Of a stretch of DNA of 64,000 nt, positions 1-12,231 are shown one piece after another. Origin of the DNA: Vezdaea acicularis (taxonomy: Eukaryota). The stretch is from positions 1 through 64,000 of the forward strand of contig JAPEUI010000041.1 of NCBI GenBank assembly GCA_026025075.1, in the 5' to 3' direction. The position numbers and the translations under genes were made by a program. The number at the start of each line of letters is the position of its first letter. Positions within the stretch are counted from its first letter, which is position 1. The notes beneath the pieces were generated by a model. The model saw only the letters and a program-made list of their open reading frames with translations. It ran no database searches and had not been told where the DNA came from.

Positions 1-1097
1 CGTTGTAGCCTAGAAAGGTGATGATGGCGTAGTAGCTGAGTGCGACTAGGTAGAGGGAGTTTCCTAGGAGGAGACAGATCCTGTGGTTGCGGGTTTAGGT
101 TAGGTAGAGAGAAAGGGGGGGGGGGGAGGGGGGCGTACCAATAGTCCTTTGTGACGAGCGGCATGAGCACGAATTGAAAGACGTATAAAAACACCCATAC
201 AGGAAAGAACGCTCTGATCGCGACCTATTACCAGCCCCTGAATGTTAACCAAAAAGCCCACCTCCCAGCCCATAAACCCCCTTTCCAGGCCCCCCAAAAG
301 AAACCGGCGAAAAACTCACATCGAAACAATACCCGAACTCCAGCTCCGCCGCCGCTTGCTCCTGCGTGAACAGGCCTTGCTGCCGCCGCCGGCCGGGCAG
401 GCCGGCCACGCCGGGTCCCAGTAATCGTCCGACGAGGAAGTACATCGCGGTTGCGACGAGGAGGGAGGCGAGGAGAAAGTGGATGAAGATGAAGGTGAGG
501 GTGAGGCGGACGATGGAGGAGGGGGTGGGGCGCCATGCTAGACCCCATGCTAGGGAGGTGAGGAGGAGGAAGAAGGAGAGGAGGTAGGTGAAGGAGGGGT
601 CGGGGCGGTGCCAGGTGTTTTTTGTTTCTGGGGGGTGAGGGGGGTAAGCCATATTGTGCGGATGACAGATGGGTAGAGTGTTGTGGGTTGGGGGTGCGTA
701 CGTTTCTGCGAGGGCGGTTAGTGGACAGTAAGGAGTGAGGAGTGTAGGGGAGGAGGGGGAGGACGGACATGGTAGTATATACTCCTGAACACCCGCTTCG
801 GCGCCAGGAGCAACGAGCTCATCTCCCAGACCGCCATCTCGAAGTCCATCTGTGGGAACTTGAATAACCTAGAGCAAGCCCATTCACGCAATCAGCTCTC
901 ATCAATTCAAAAGGTTCCTGGAGAGGCGCTGCGAATGCCACGCAAAGCGCGCGTTGGCGGTAGAAGGCTGTTTTCTCCTACCTCTTGAAAAACCGCGGCA
1001 TCCTCAGCCCATCACTTCTGCTGTTGCTACTCGGATGTGTTCCGCCAAAGCTAGCGGGGCCGCCGTGCTGTCGGGGTAGGGAGATGTGCGGGTTCAT
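1..1097 (-). CDS. GMH1: UNC-50/Gmh1 family Golgi membrane protein (multi-exon, 3' end outside window)
   Basis: Spliced translation MNPHISLPR..MPRFFKR|LFKFPQMDFEMAVWEM..VFRSIYYH|KQ|TKNTWHRPDPSF..LEFGYCFD|VAIRAFFPV..|ICLLLGNSLYLVALSYYAIITFLGYN matches UNC-50 motifs (QMDFE, W.R.DP.F, YCFDV, TFLGY); canonical GT-AG introns; includes a 4-nt exon at 702-705. Confidence 0.92.
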
Positions 1098-1898
1098 GGT
1101 CGAAGAGTGTGGGGGAGAGAGAGGGACGGTTTTTGCGGGGGAGCTTTGCCCCAGGGATCAACCAAGGGTTTTGAGGCAGGTCAAGAAGACGCTTAAGCGC
1201 CTCGAACAGCTGCGCCAGGGCACTTGCTTAGCTTGCTATGAAGCCCTCAGATCTAGGTCGAATATGGGGCACACGGGGGTTTATGCAGGTCTTTTGAGCC
1301 GTGCTATTCAGATTCAAGGTTTGGTGGTGCCGCGAGACGAAAAGGCGCGGTTGGCGAATCTGGCCGGGGTTCGGAGAATAGAAATGCCGGTTTACACGTC
1401 AAAGGTAGGAATTGTGAAAGGGAGGAATATAAAATAGATTAGCAGCTATATCCCTTTCGTGGCCTTCCTTGGAATTATCTCTTTTATTTTTCGAAGAGCT
1501 GATATTTTTCAAGTGTTTCTTTGATTTTCCTCCCCCCCAACCCACACGCCTGGTGTTATTGTTGTTTTCGCGAGAGTATGCAGACTTTCGAATTGATGGA
1601 AGACCCAACAGGTCGCAAGACTCCAGCGTGATATCATTATCCTTTATGCCTGGTTCACTCTCCAAAACATAGAACAATCGTATTTTCTAGAACTAAGTGC
1701 AAAGCCTACAGCACTCGTTTACGTAGTATGAAAAGGGGCAAGAGTTGAGGGCAAGATGTATTAGTATATTCATGATACATAAGCAGGTCTACGAAGCGCT
1801 TAGCGTTTTCAAGATCCGAACGCCGAGAGGGATCACTGTAGATGTGATCCATCTATGAATCAAGATCCAGCCCCAAGCGCTGCCCTTCTACTTCTCTC

Positions 1899-4802
1899 TC
1901 AAACGCCTCCCTTATCGCCATTCACGGTCACAGTCACTGCCCCTTGTTCAGCTCGGCCATCCTCCTGTGCTTTCACAGTCCGCATCTGCACCTGCTGTTG
2001 TGCCGCAAGCTGTGCTCTTTGTCTCTCCATCATCTCCGTCTGCGCTTCTGGGCTCATCACAGTGTGATATCCCGTTGCGCCCATCACATTTGTTACAGGT
2101 CCCAAGCTCGTGTTGAGTGGGGATGCTTGGCGAGGAGGCCCGCTTTGAGCCTGGGATCCTGAAGCAGTACCGGCTGGACCAGGCGTGGCAAAGTATCGAC
2201 GATCGGTATCCGTTCGCGGCGTGAATGGTGGACGCTGTTGCCCTGGCTGCATGTGCAACGGGATCGAACCTGATTTTTGTGGTGACGCTGAGCGCGCTGC
2301 GCTGTAGGGTGTACTCGTATAGTTTCCTTGTGGGATGTTTGGACGGTGCTGGAATGGGGTTGATGTGCCTTGCGGTGGGTACCGGGTAGGTGTTTGCCCT
2401 TGCTGTGAGCTGGGGGTGTTATTATACTGAGACTGGTTGGAATTATAAAGATTTTGCGGCTGAGCCGAAGATTGGAAGTACTGCCCTGGATTCGTGCCGC
2501 TGTACTGAGACGCTCGGGCGCCGTTAGGTTGCGCGTAGCTTGAAGGCGTAGGCGTGAAGGATGCATTCGGCCGAGGTGATCCAGAAGGCGGGCGCTGTGG
2601 GTTGTAGAGCTGAGCGGGATCCGACGGATGGCGAGCGGGCGCGGATTGAGGAGGACGGTTAGGGAAGGGGCGCTGCTGTTGATAATAGTGCGGTGGCATT
2701 TGCTGGGTTGTTGGAGCCGCTCGCGCAGCTGATTGGGCAGGACCATATACAGGACGAGTCTGATACCCGCCCGGGGTCTGGAAGGGGACTTGTTGAGCGC
2801 TACTAGAGCGGACGCCTGCAGACGTCGAAAGCGCGGCTTGGCGATGAGCGCTGATGGCTTCGTCGTCGTCAAGTACGCCTTTATAGTCCTTACTTTCTGT
2901 CAGGATGGTAGTGCTGAGGTTGAGCTCGGCGATCTGATCACCGTCCAATTTGGCGACAGCGTATGGAGGGAGACTACCAATGAGAAGCGCAAGCTGGGAC
3001 TTTAGAATACTGTAGGTGTCAAATTCTACCGGTGATGGTGTTGAAGGGCTGCCATTGTTAGAGCTCGTTTGCTTGTTCTGTCCCAAAATAGCTCTTTGAG
3101 TTGTTGATGATGACGCTAACGATAGGTTGCGGTTTCGCTGGTGAGAGTTGAGCGTCTCTAAAAGCTCGGATATGTCCCGGAGGACCTGATCAACATCTTT
3201 CTCCGAAACCGCGCTCTCGCTGTCAAGTGCAGGGTCAACTGGAGGATCTTCAGGAGTCCAGATCTGGATCGCCTCTTCCAGAGAAATATAATCATCAGGA
3301 TCGATGGTCTGCTCCTTGCCGGTTTCTACAGTCGGTCCTTCAGATGCGTTGGTGAGAACAGGCTGGAAAAGCTGCTCAAATTGAGATGCACCCACTCGGT
3401 CCCACCATATGCGATTCTTGATTTGTGAAGACACCACTGCTAGCGAATCATCCTCACAAGGAGCAAAACTTGAATAAACTCTCCGAAAAAGGGCATCTTC
3501 TTTCGCCCTGCTATGAGCCGCTATAGCTACTGCTGGTAGAGTAAATTTGGTGTCACCAGTACTTAAGGTCCTTGCCCTCTGCCTTTGCTTGGCGTCGGGT
3601 GACGAGGGTTGAGGAAGATTAGGTGATACATTGTAATTTAGCCACTGTGCTGAGGATAGGTGCTGCGAGGAGTAGCTGCCTGGAAGACTTGGGGCGACAG
3701 GTCTTGAGTTTACATTTTTGGAGGGATCATACCAGCCTATAGTGGTATGTCGAGTCGTGGTATGCTTCGACTGCTTTGGTAGCGGTAGAGGAGGGGCAGT
3801 GAAAGGAGGCGGAAATAGCTCGCCTATTGTTGGAACTTTAATCTTGCTATTTATCTGTTCGTTGGCATTTGCTGGGATGACTTTCGTGATCGAAATACCA
3901 GGTGGTAGCTGTGTCTCACGAACGGGGATGTTGATGTCAGTGAGCATGGGTGTGTCCGGATCTACTGTGCACCCCTTAAGCTTTGGTTGCTGGCTTACAT
4001 CGCTTTGTAGCTTCTCGTCCGTTTTGATCGGGATCGGTAAACTCGAGAACATCTGCTTGGCGTTGCTGGTGCCTCCATGCAGCGTCAAGACTACCCTATC
4101 ACCACGTTGCTCGGCAGCAACTTTCCCTGCTACTGGTGTTGATTGATTCGTATTATCATCCTCTTCCTTACTATTTTCCGTTGGCTTCCTGTCTTCCAAT
4201 ACCGACGCCTTCCTCGATTTTTCTCGAAGGAGCAGGTTGTTCAGAAGTTGCTTGAACCCCAATATCCTCGCCACAGTTTTTCTCTCCTCCGTCGTGAGAG
4301 GCATAGTCCGGCCTTGAGGCACGCCATTTAACGGTCTGCTGCCTGGTTTGATGGCACTTAATATAGATGTAACTTTATCAACATCCGATTGAAGGGCCTC
4401 GAGAGAATGGTAGGATCCAGATCGTAGTCGAGATGCGATCGTGACATTCTCAGTCAGCTTCTTGCGCTTGCTCTCAGGTTCTTCTGATGAATCGCTTGAT
4501 GACGGAATGTGGTAGTTTAAGACGGAGGGGACAGTATCTTGCCTAATAACCACCAAAGTTAGCCAGGGTCACAGAGCTCAAAGTAGAGCCACCACATACC
4601 TCTTCAAGATTTCGAACAGATCCTTTAAGAATTCATTTAACTTCTTCGTTGGCTGCTCATCATTTTGAGGGTTGTGTGTTGTGCCGTTGTCGAGTGTGTC
4701 GCTGTTGCTCTCTGTACGTTTCCGTTTTGACACGGTGGATGAGAGCTTTTCCGGTCGGGGACCCGACGATGGGCTCAGCATGCCATTCATGGCGGCCATC
4801 AT
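1899..4802 (-). CDS. Conserved fungal nuclear protein, probably Rsc58-like chromatin-remodelling subunit, with Q/P/S/Y-rich C-terminal tail
   Basis: Exon 1 4802-4600, intron 4599-4543 (GTATGT..TAG), exon 2 is the 885-aa ORF; bromodomain-like segment IASRLRSGSYHSLEALQSDV and an SSFAP..DDS..VV motif recalled from Rsc58/BRD7-9-type proteins; product is inference. Confidence 0.6.
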
Positions 4803-5478
4803 GATCGCTGGCGACTACTTCCTTGATCGAGCCAAAGTCTCGATGAAAGACGCGCTCGCGAGTCGACAATACGCGAATGGTCTGGCGCAAACTCGTCGGG
4901 CAAGTCCTCAACACCCTAATGAGAGGCCCAGGTTTTCTCCACGCTTGGGGTCCAGCCCTGAGTACGACCAGTATCCCTGATAGAAGGAGATAGGCTGAAG
5001 GCGAGATTCTTTCCCGCTCGGTTTTCGAATGATTGGGAGTAAGGCAGCCTAGTCAGGGGGTCGAATGTCTGGTTGGGCGTAGTCGAACCTCGTCTTTCGT
5101 CTAGGTTGATTGCTCGCGAGAAGACACGACCGAACGGTGAATGAAGGAGCTGCTTCCCTTAATTCACCGAGCTGCGAAAGATCACCCACCAAACGATCAG
5201 ATCCGCTATATAAATCGGATGGAATCGATTTGAAATGATCTTTTTTGGGGGGTAAAGAGAAGTTGAGCGCAAGGAGGTGATGGTGTTTTGCGGAATGTCG
5301 GAGAGAGCACTACGACCTGATTGGCTGGTTCGATTTTTTGGGTGCGTCATCACGTGAAAGCCTAGACTCCATATCCTTGAGCTATTGCTCGACGAGCTCG
5401 GGTTGTTAAAATCGTCACGCCTTTTTTCAATTTGAGCTTGTGAGCCTCTTTACTTCCCTTACCTGCGGATAATGGCGA

Positions 5479-8400
5479 ATGTTTCCGTCTTTCTTCCGTG
5501 AAACGCTCAGAGAAGCTCTGCGCAAGAGCACCGTCAGCGCCTCCACTATTTTTATAACGACCCACGTTCTCAGTGTATGTATGAGACTCCGCTGGCAAGC
5601 CCATAGGCTCACCGATAATACAGTGTGGAAAGAGAGCCAGTACTCATATAATTCAAGCATCTGGCTGGATTAACGATAAGCGCACCCCTCGAAATGCTCT
5701 GTCGAGATCGCTGTGGTCCGGGAGGTTGGAGCCGCAGGCCCAGAGCACTGGAGAGAACGAAGCCGCACAGCAAAGGCAGGCGTCTAGGCCACGGGCGCTG
5801 AGGCAGCAGCATTTTGGCCGCGAAGGGCTACCATTATATTCGAGTTCAAGGGTTTCGCCGGGTCCAAGCAATGTTTTGAACGCATCCCCGTTAAGCTGTC
5901 TCGTCGCCGCAGCAAAGGCAGCAGAGGATTGGCACGACCTCGCTTCATCACTAGAAAATGTTGACCCTGCATACTGCTCTGTGAAGCCTACAGCTAAGCA
6001 AGCAGGCGCAAGCGTCCAGCTGAGGTCTCTATTCGCAAGTCTACACGAATTAAAGGGCCAAATAGAAAGTCTATCGACCGTTTCCCTTCCGGGGGTGTTA
6101 GCTCACTTCATTCAAATTATTTTGTCAAGCTGGTGCATAGAACGGAAAGATCCAAAGTTTCGAGACCATGAGATAGACCTAGAACCTATATCTAGGCACT
6201 GCTCTGACCTGCCAACTAGCTTCCATGCGTTCCTCTTCTCGAAAGGATATAGAGACGAGGACCTCACTCGTTGGGCCTCTGTTCTCCTTGCGAAAGACTT
6301 GAAAACGTCCGTTTCAAGGTTGGACATACATTCGAGGAACAATGCTCCTGGCCGCAAGGCACCTTTGTTCCTGATACTTTTCATCTTGCGCCGCGACTAC
6401 ATCGATTCTGGGTCTTTGAAGAGACTGATATCACACATTCGATCTCACTTCGATCATGATCAAAGCCCAGGCTTTGCTCCTAGAGGAGGCATCGAAAGTG
6501 GAAAGCAAGCCATCGCTAACCCGGTTATAGACGGGTCCACGGCAATGGTCATCTTTGCTCGTCTTCTCCGCCATGCTCGACGGGTAGCGCCAGAATGTCT
6601 TGTTGATATTGCCCACTTCTTCTGTACTCACGTCGGGCCTGTGGGAAATCTGGGTACCACTACGGCGCGACGAAAGATTGGTCGGCTAACCTCGTTCTAT
6701 AATCGTGCCCTATCGTTACTATCTCTACCGTCTTCCACAAGGCCTTTTGCCTCGTCATCCTATCGCCAAAAGGCTCAGTTCATGCTAGTTGAGCGCATGA
6801 CACAGTTTAAACCTCCTTTGCTCATCACCCGAGAAGGTTATCATGGCGTAGCAAAAGTTCAGTTAACCCAGAAAATGACCTCTAGAGAACATGAATGGGC
6901 ATCAATGAAGTCGAGATCATGGCCTCCCTGGAAAGAAGAACGACTTGGAATAGACGCGGAGAGAAGAATTGAGGATGGAATCTCTAGAACTAATTACGCT
7001 ATTCGCCGAATGCACGAAGGTGGTTACGGATCATATGGATGGGAAAAGGCCGCCAATCTATTAGCTGGTTGGGATACTGATGGATCTCCGGCTATCCAAG
7101 TGAGATCAGTAGCTCCTCGCCCAACAGCCACGGGAGCATATCAACATTCAGAGAAAGCAGCACATCATGACCTTCCTCACCAGTCGTTGGCAGGACCCGA
7201 TTCTCAAATATGGGCTGCTCGAATAAGGGCAACAAGGACCGTTAGAGAGGCATGGGCTTGCTTCCTATCAATGCAAGACGAGATTCCGCAGCCTCCCGAG
7301 GATGCTTTCTACGCCATGTTTGAAAAGCTCATCTACCGAAAACTTCGCGCGGGGAGAGAACGCTTGAAACAGCATGTTACTAGCCTATACGATAAGAGGA
7401 TCGTTGTTTCAAATGATGTCAAGGAAGTTCTACCTGAACCTGAGTCTCCTCCAGAGGTCACTTATGTTCGGTCGAAACCGCCTTCTGTGCGGGCCCTCTT
7501 CGATCGCATGATAGAAGCTCAAGTCGTTCCAACAGAAAAATGCCTGGCTTTATTGGTGCGGTATGCTGGTTCTATAAAGCAAGGCGTGTCATTTCTCAAG
7601 AGAAGTATGGCTGTTCCGCAGGATTCGGTCAACGCCCTTATCTCTTACCAGGCGATGGCACGGCCAATTTCGACGGACAGCACGTTTGATGGTATACCCA
7701 TCCGAGTACTCACAGCTTTTGTTCAACTTTTATGTCGCTGCTCACGAACACCAACATCTCTTCTACCTAACTCATCAGGTCGAGGGGAAAACAAAGTGAC
7801 AGCAGAGACAAACCCAAGACATCGGCTGAAATCCAGGGGATCTTTAGGCCATGCAATTGCAATTATGCAAGCGTGGCAGCCGACATATCTTCCACCCTGG
7901 AATGCACTTCTTGCTGCGATTGCGGCTCCTAAAATCGTCATCAGGCAAGGGTCACGATCATATGACCGGGATTTCCAGCATCTGTCGGCGTTTCAAGAAA
8001 TCAAGGTAACACTGGATCTCATGGAATCTAATATCAAACTGGACTCTGAAGGATTTTGTTACGTGTGTCGGGCATTTGAAAAGGCAATCCTCGCGAGCAG
8101 AAGGCTGCAAATTGAGGAGAGAAAGGTCTTCCACTTGATCGATGATAGGCCATTGCGACCCCTCCCTATGACGAGCCCTTTGATCTCTGAGGCGTCTCGA
8201 GTCCTTAAAGTTGCGCCTGTGCTTGTCAAAAGTCTATTCGAGTCTCTAACCGGCAGTCAAGGCCTTCATACCCAAGATGAATTGGCTGAAGTCGAAATCG
8301 TTGGTGTGCAGGAGAGGAAGAGAAGTGGCCTGCCGCAGATGCTTTCGAGCGTAGTACAGCCTCCTCATTTGCACGCCTACATTCGTGTTTTAGGTCAATT

Positions 8401-8740
8401 AAACGACGAACGTGCGCTGCTTGAGTTAGGTAAATGGATGGCTCACTTCTCTCGTGATCTGGAGGCGATGGCTCGAGAACGAGAGCAGGGCCAGCGACAC
8501 CTTCGACACTCTATTGTAGCGCTTCGAGTATTTTTTGAAATTGCAACACAGAAGCGGATTCACACTCATAACCTACCTAGCGTACTAGATGATGACGAAG
8601 ATGAAGCAGGGCGCACTGAAGAGCCAGCAGTTTTGTTTACGGACGAGCGGATGAAACGTCTTATAGAGAGCGTGCCTGGGTTGGGCGGGTGGCCTACGGA
8701 CTCTGAGATAAAAGAATATCTCCATGGAGGGCGCAGATAG
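5479..8740 (+). CDS. Large uncharacterised helical-repeat (PPR-like) protein, probably mitochondrial
   Basis: Exon 1 5479-5574 (MFPSFFRETLREALRKSTV.., presequence-like), intron 5575-5623 (GTATGT..GCTCAC..CAG) joins in frame to the 1004-aa ORF; PPR-like helices (AFYAMFEKL, PWNALLAAIA, LHAYIRVLG); gene well supported, product tentative. Confidence 0.6.
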
Positions 8741-9789
8741 AATTATGTAAAACCTGGTCAACTAGACTTCGGCCTTATGTATACTGCAAGAATTGGTATA
8801 CCCAACCATATTAGACACGGTCCTTTGTAACACCAGAAAAACAGACCACCAGGCCATCAATTGCACAGATTTTTGCATCTCATATTAAGAGTATAGCCCC
8901 CCCCTCCAATTAGAAATCACGGTAGACCACCCTCAAGCCGCTTCTTCTAGGTTAGAGGTGAGCTAGACTTTGAAAACGAGCATCCAGCGTCCCTGTACTG
9001 GAATGCAGCCGGTGACTGGAAGGACTTTCTTAGCAGAACAGCTATTTAGCCGACTTACGAGCTGACAGCTGGACCTATTTATCGATATGCCCCCGGCTCT
9101 TTACGAAAAGGGGGCCTGGCGACTAGGAAGGTCCATGACAGTTCAGGGTTGCTCACTTTGTCTGCTCCCAAATGTGTTTGCCCACTCTAGCTTCCTTGAG
9201 GAACTTATTAGCTTGGGCGTCTTCAACCCCTGCTGGGGACTTGGACTTGTCTATCGCCCTTCTATACACATGTAATAGATTACCCCTATGGTTAAGACGA
9301 TCCAAACCAAGTATCAGGCCGTGGGTACTATTTCCTTCCCCAGAAACTGTGCCCATTTACGGAAAACAGAGAGACATGTGTGCATGGAAATCACGTCAGC
9401 TAACACATTGGAGAAAACTATTATTATCACTTTCTTTTGGTCTAATAGAAAACGCGAGAAGACTGTTTAGCCCGATGCTGAGACAAACCATTCCACGAAC
9501 ACAAGGGTATGATTTGTGGGTTTCGAGCAAGACTTGGTAGCATTAATCTCCGGATTGAATGAGAGCCAAATAACATGGAATGCCGAAGAAGCCCAATTTT
9601 GATCCGGGACTGAGAGCAAAATAGTGCGAGGGAACAGAGTGCACCTGGAGGATAATGTCCTTTGAAATACTTGAAAGTGAAATTTATTCGTGGACTCCCC
9701 TAGCCATACAAAACGCTCCATATTGCCGTTGGTCTCGTAAGATAAGTTGTACATAGAAGAGAAGAGATTCATGGGCAAAATGCTTTATC

Positions 9790-10226
9790 TTACTTCTTCG
9801 GAGGTCCGCCCCGAAACTGGTCCTTCAATTCCTCCACGAAATATTGGAAGACGTCCTTAGACCCAGACGGACCAGACTCTGTACAAAGCGCTCGAGTTAG
9901 GTGTCATGTAATATGTATGACCGGAAACAAGCCTACCCTCAATATTTGTTCCACCCATCTCTGATGGATCTTTCCCGTGTCTTAGCTGGTGTACCCGCTT
10001 ATGGAGACTTTGGACCGCTCGATGGAATGTTGGACTCGCGAGCAGCTTTAAGTGTATTAGCACTGACACCCGCGAGGCAACATCTGATCTTCGACATTAC
10101 ATACCCGACTAGTCAGCCAGACCTGCGATTGATATTAGCAAGAAGTTCAGAGGTCTCGAGCGGCGCATCAGGTGGAATATTAACGGGAGAGCTCAAAAAT
10201 CTCACCTCAAAGACTCGCAACCACAT
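9790..10226 (-). CDS. MRX7: Small mitochondrial MIOREX component 7 (Mrx7)-like protein, 4 exons
   Basis: MWLRVFE|VWLTSR (18-nt exon 10122-10105)|LLASPTFHRAVQSLHKRVHQLRHGKDPSEMGGTNIE|..FQYFVEELKDQFRGGPPKK*; the LL.SP.FHR.V and F..F.EELK motifs recall the Mrx7 family. Confidence 0.75.
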
Positions 10227-10440
10227 ACTAGTGAGGCATTAGTACACATATATATGTGTACCAATATGGGTCTTCTTCGCAGGTACTCGAATAATGTGTA
10301 ATGGTGCGTGGCGACTGCTGCGATGCGATCATATATATTCCCTACGGAGGGCGGAGCGGCAAAATCATAACTTTTTCTAGGCGAACGCCCACACGTTCAT
10401 GCGCTTTCCCACAATTAGCTTCCAATTGTTCAGCAACACC

Positions 10441-11455
10441 ATGAACGTGAGCCCACCATTCGATTATTGCCCTACGCGGCCGGAGCATATTGAAACCATT
10501 CTCAATGGTCTAGACAGATACAATCCTGAGACAACATCCACATTTCAGGACTACGTACAATCTCAATGTGAGGAGAAAACGTATGACTGCTATGCGAATC
10601 TGGCGCTTTTGAAGCTGTAAGTGAATTTTCATTCTCTTTTATTCGACCCCAGAGGAAAGTACTGCAATCTAAGGATGATCACATTTTAACGTTTCCTATT
10701 ACCTGACTCGAGCGGGAGCATGAATCCTCCCGCTTGCTGAAGCTACGATATTAGCTCTATCTGATAGCAATAGTTTTGGGACCTCGTCATGAGCTTCTAT
10801 GTATTTACATGATAGCTTACTAACATTTCTCTGCGTTGGCTAGGTACCAATTCAACCCACATCTCTCCCGTGACGAGACAATAACGAACATCCTCGTGAA
10901 GTCATTGACGGTCTTTCCGTCTCCAGATTTCAGCCTTTCACTCCACCTACTCCCACCATCGTCCCTCTCACCCGCCTCTGCTCTGCCCACTGCCGGCGAC
11001 GCACCCCTTTCTCTAGCTGTTTCTCATCTTAGCACTCTATCCGCCCTCCTGAACGCCGCCAATTATGCTCAATTTTGGAGCACCCTTGATAGCGACGATC
11101 TATATGCGGATCTGATCGCGGATGTTAACGGCTTCGAGGAGTTGATTAGGGTAAGGATTGCGGTCCAGGTCAGCCAGGCTATAAGAGAGGTCGACAAGGG
11201 CGTTCTTCAAAGCTGGTTCAATCTACAAGGCAGGGAGTTTGGAAAATTTGTCGAGGAGGTCTGTGGCTGGGCTATTGAGGGCGACGTTGTGAAGATCCCC
11301 TTGAATAAGGAGAATGAGGCACGGGGAACCGTTGTGCGAGAGAATGTGAAGTTTGATCGTAAGTTCTGCCTTCCCTTGGTCCCCTTCGTGACCATTGCTC
11401 ACCTGCGGCAGAGTTCTCAAGAATGATCAAACGTGCCTATGAACAGCCAGCGTGA
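10441..11455 (+). CDS. eIF3k: Eukaryotic translation initiation factor 3 subunit K
   Basis: [61 protein letters not shown]; introns 10617-10843 and ~11359-11411. Confidence 0.95.
10670..10768 (+). ncRNA. Intronic box C/D snoRNA, dual guide (3' guide SNORD44/U44-like)
   Basis: Inside the unusually long (227 nt) eIF3k intron 1: C-like box ATGATCA 10675-10681, D' CTGA 10703-10706, 10-bp internal stem 10709-10718/10727-10736, D CTGA 10761-10764; guides complementary to conserved SSU (UAGAGCUAAUA) and LSU (UAAUAGGGAACGU) rRNA sequences. Confidence 0.85.
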
Positions 11456-12231
11456 TATTAGAGGAACAGAAGATTTGGTGAGAGCTCGTTTTATAGGGGT
11501 AAGAGCTTAAGGCGGAGTTTTGGCGTGAGGTAACTCGGCATTATGGTGTTCAAATGAATCAGAAAAGCAATCCAAGTCACATAGCATCAAACTTACGCCA
11601 AGTCTCTATTGCAAGTGTGGAATTGTTTCTTATCGTACGAACTAACCTTTTCACTATCTGTGAATTGAACAGTGGATTTGAAGCTGGTCATGTTGATATG
11701 ATCTTGCCAACTTCATCCCGCTCCTGCTAAGCCTGCCAGCCCTCTACCAGTCATAGCCTCTCCTGAGCTTTTCGCAGTGCTCGATGAGAATGTAGCATAT
11801 ACCACATAACAGTTTCTTGCGCTGCCGACAAGTTGAGGGCAAGGATATCCAGCTCGTTTCATCGCTAGTCCCCTGGGTATAAGTCGTCGTCTCATCATAA
11901 GCCAAGGGCACGCTTATTAGCAGACAGGGGGTTAACATTCAGACTGCCACTGGTCACACCTATAACAGCACCTTGCATGGTAGCATAAAGAGGCAGCCAT
12001 GCCCTTCCAGTTCGTCATTCTCTCTTTCCCGAGAGCCGACCGCCAGATGAGTGCTCGCCCAGCTCGTCCACTCTACTTTGGTGTGTCGATATCGATGAAC
12101 ACGCCCGCTGCAGTCACATAAATGCAAACCTGCAGCCCGACCCTGAAAGGAAAGGCTTTAACGGAGGTTTGCCGCAGGCTAAGAAGCAAAACCTGCCTTC
12201 ACCGATGTAGAGGCTCATTGCATAGCCTTTC

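Noticed and set aside
2093..4331. Alternative-frame and antisense ORFs inside the Rsc58-like gene (and similar ones inside other genes)
   Set aside because: Shadow ORFs of real coding sequence
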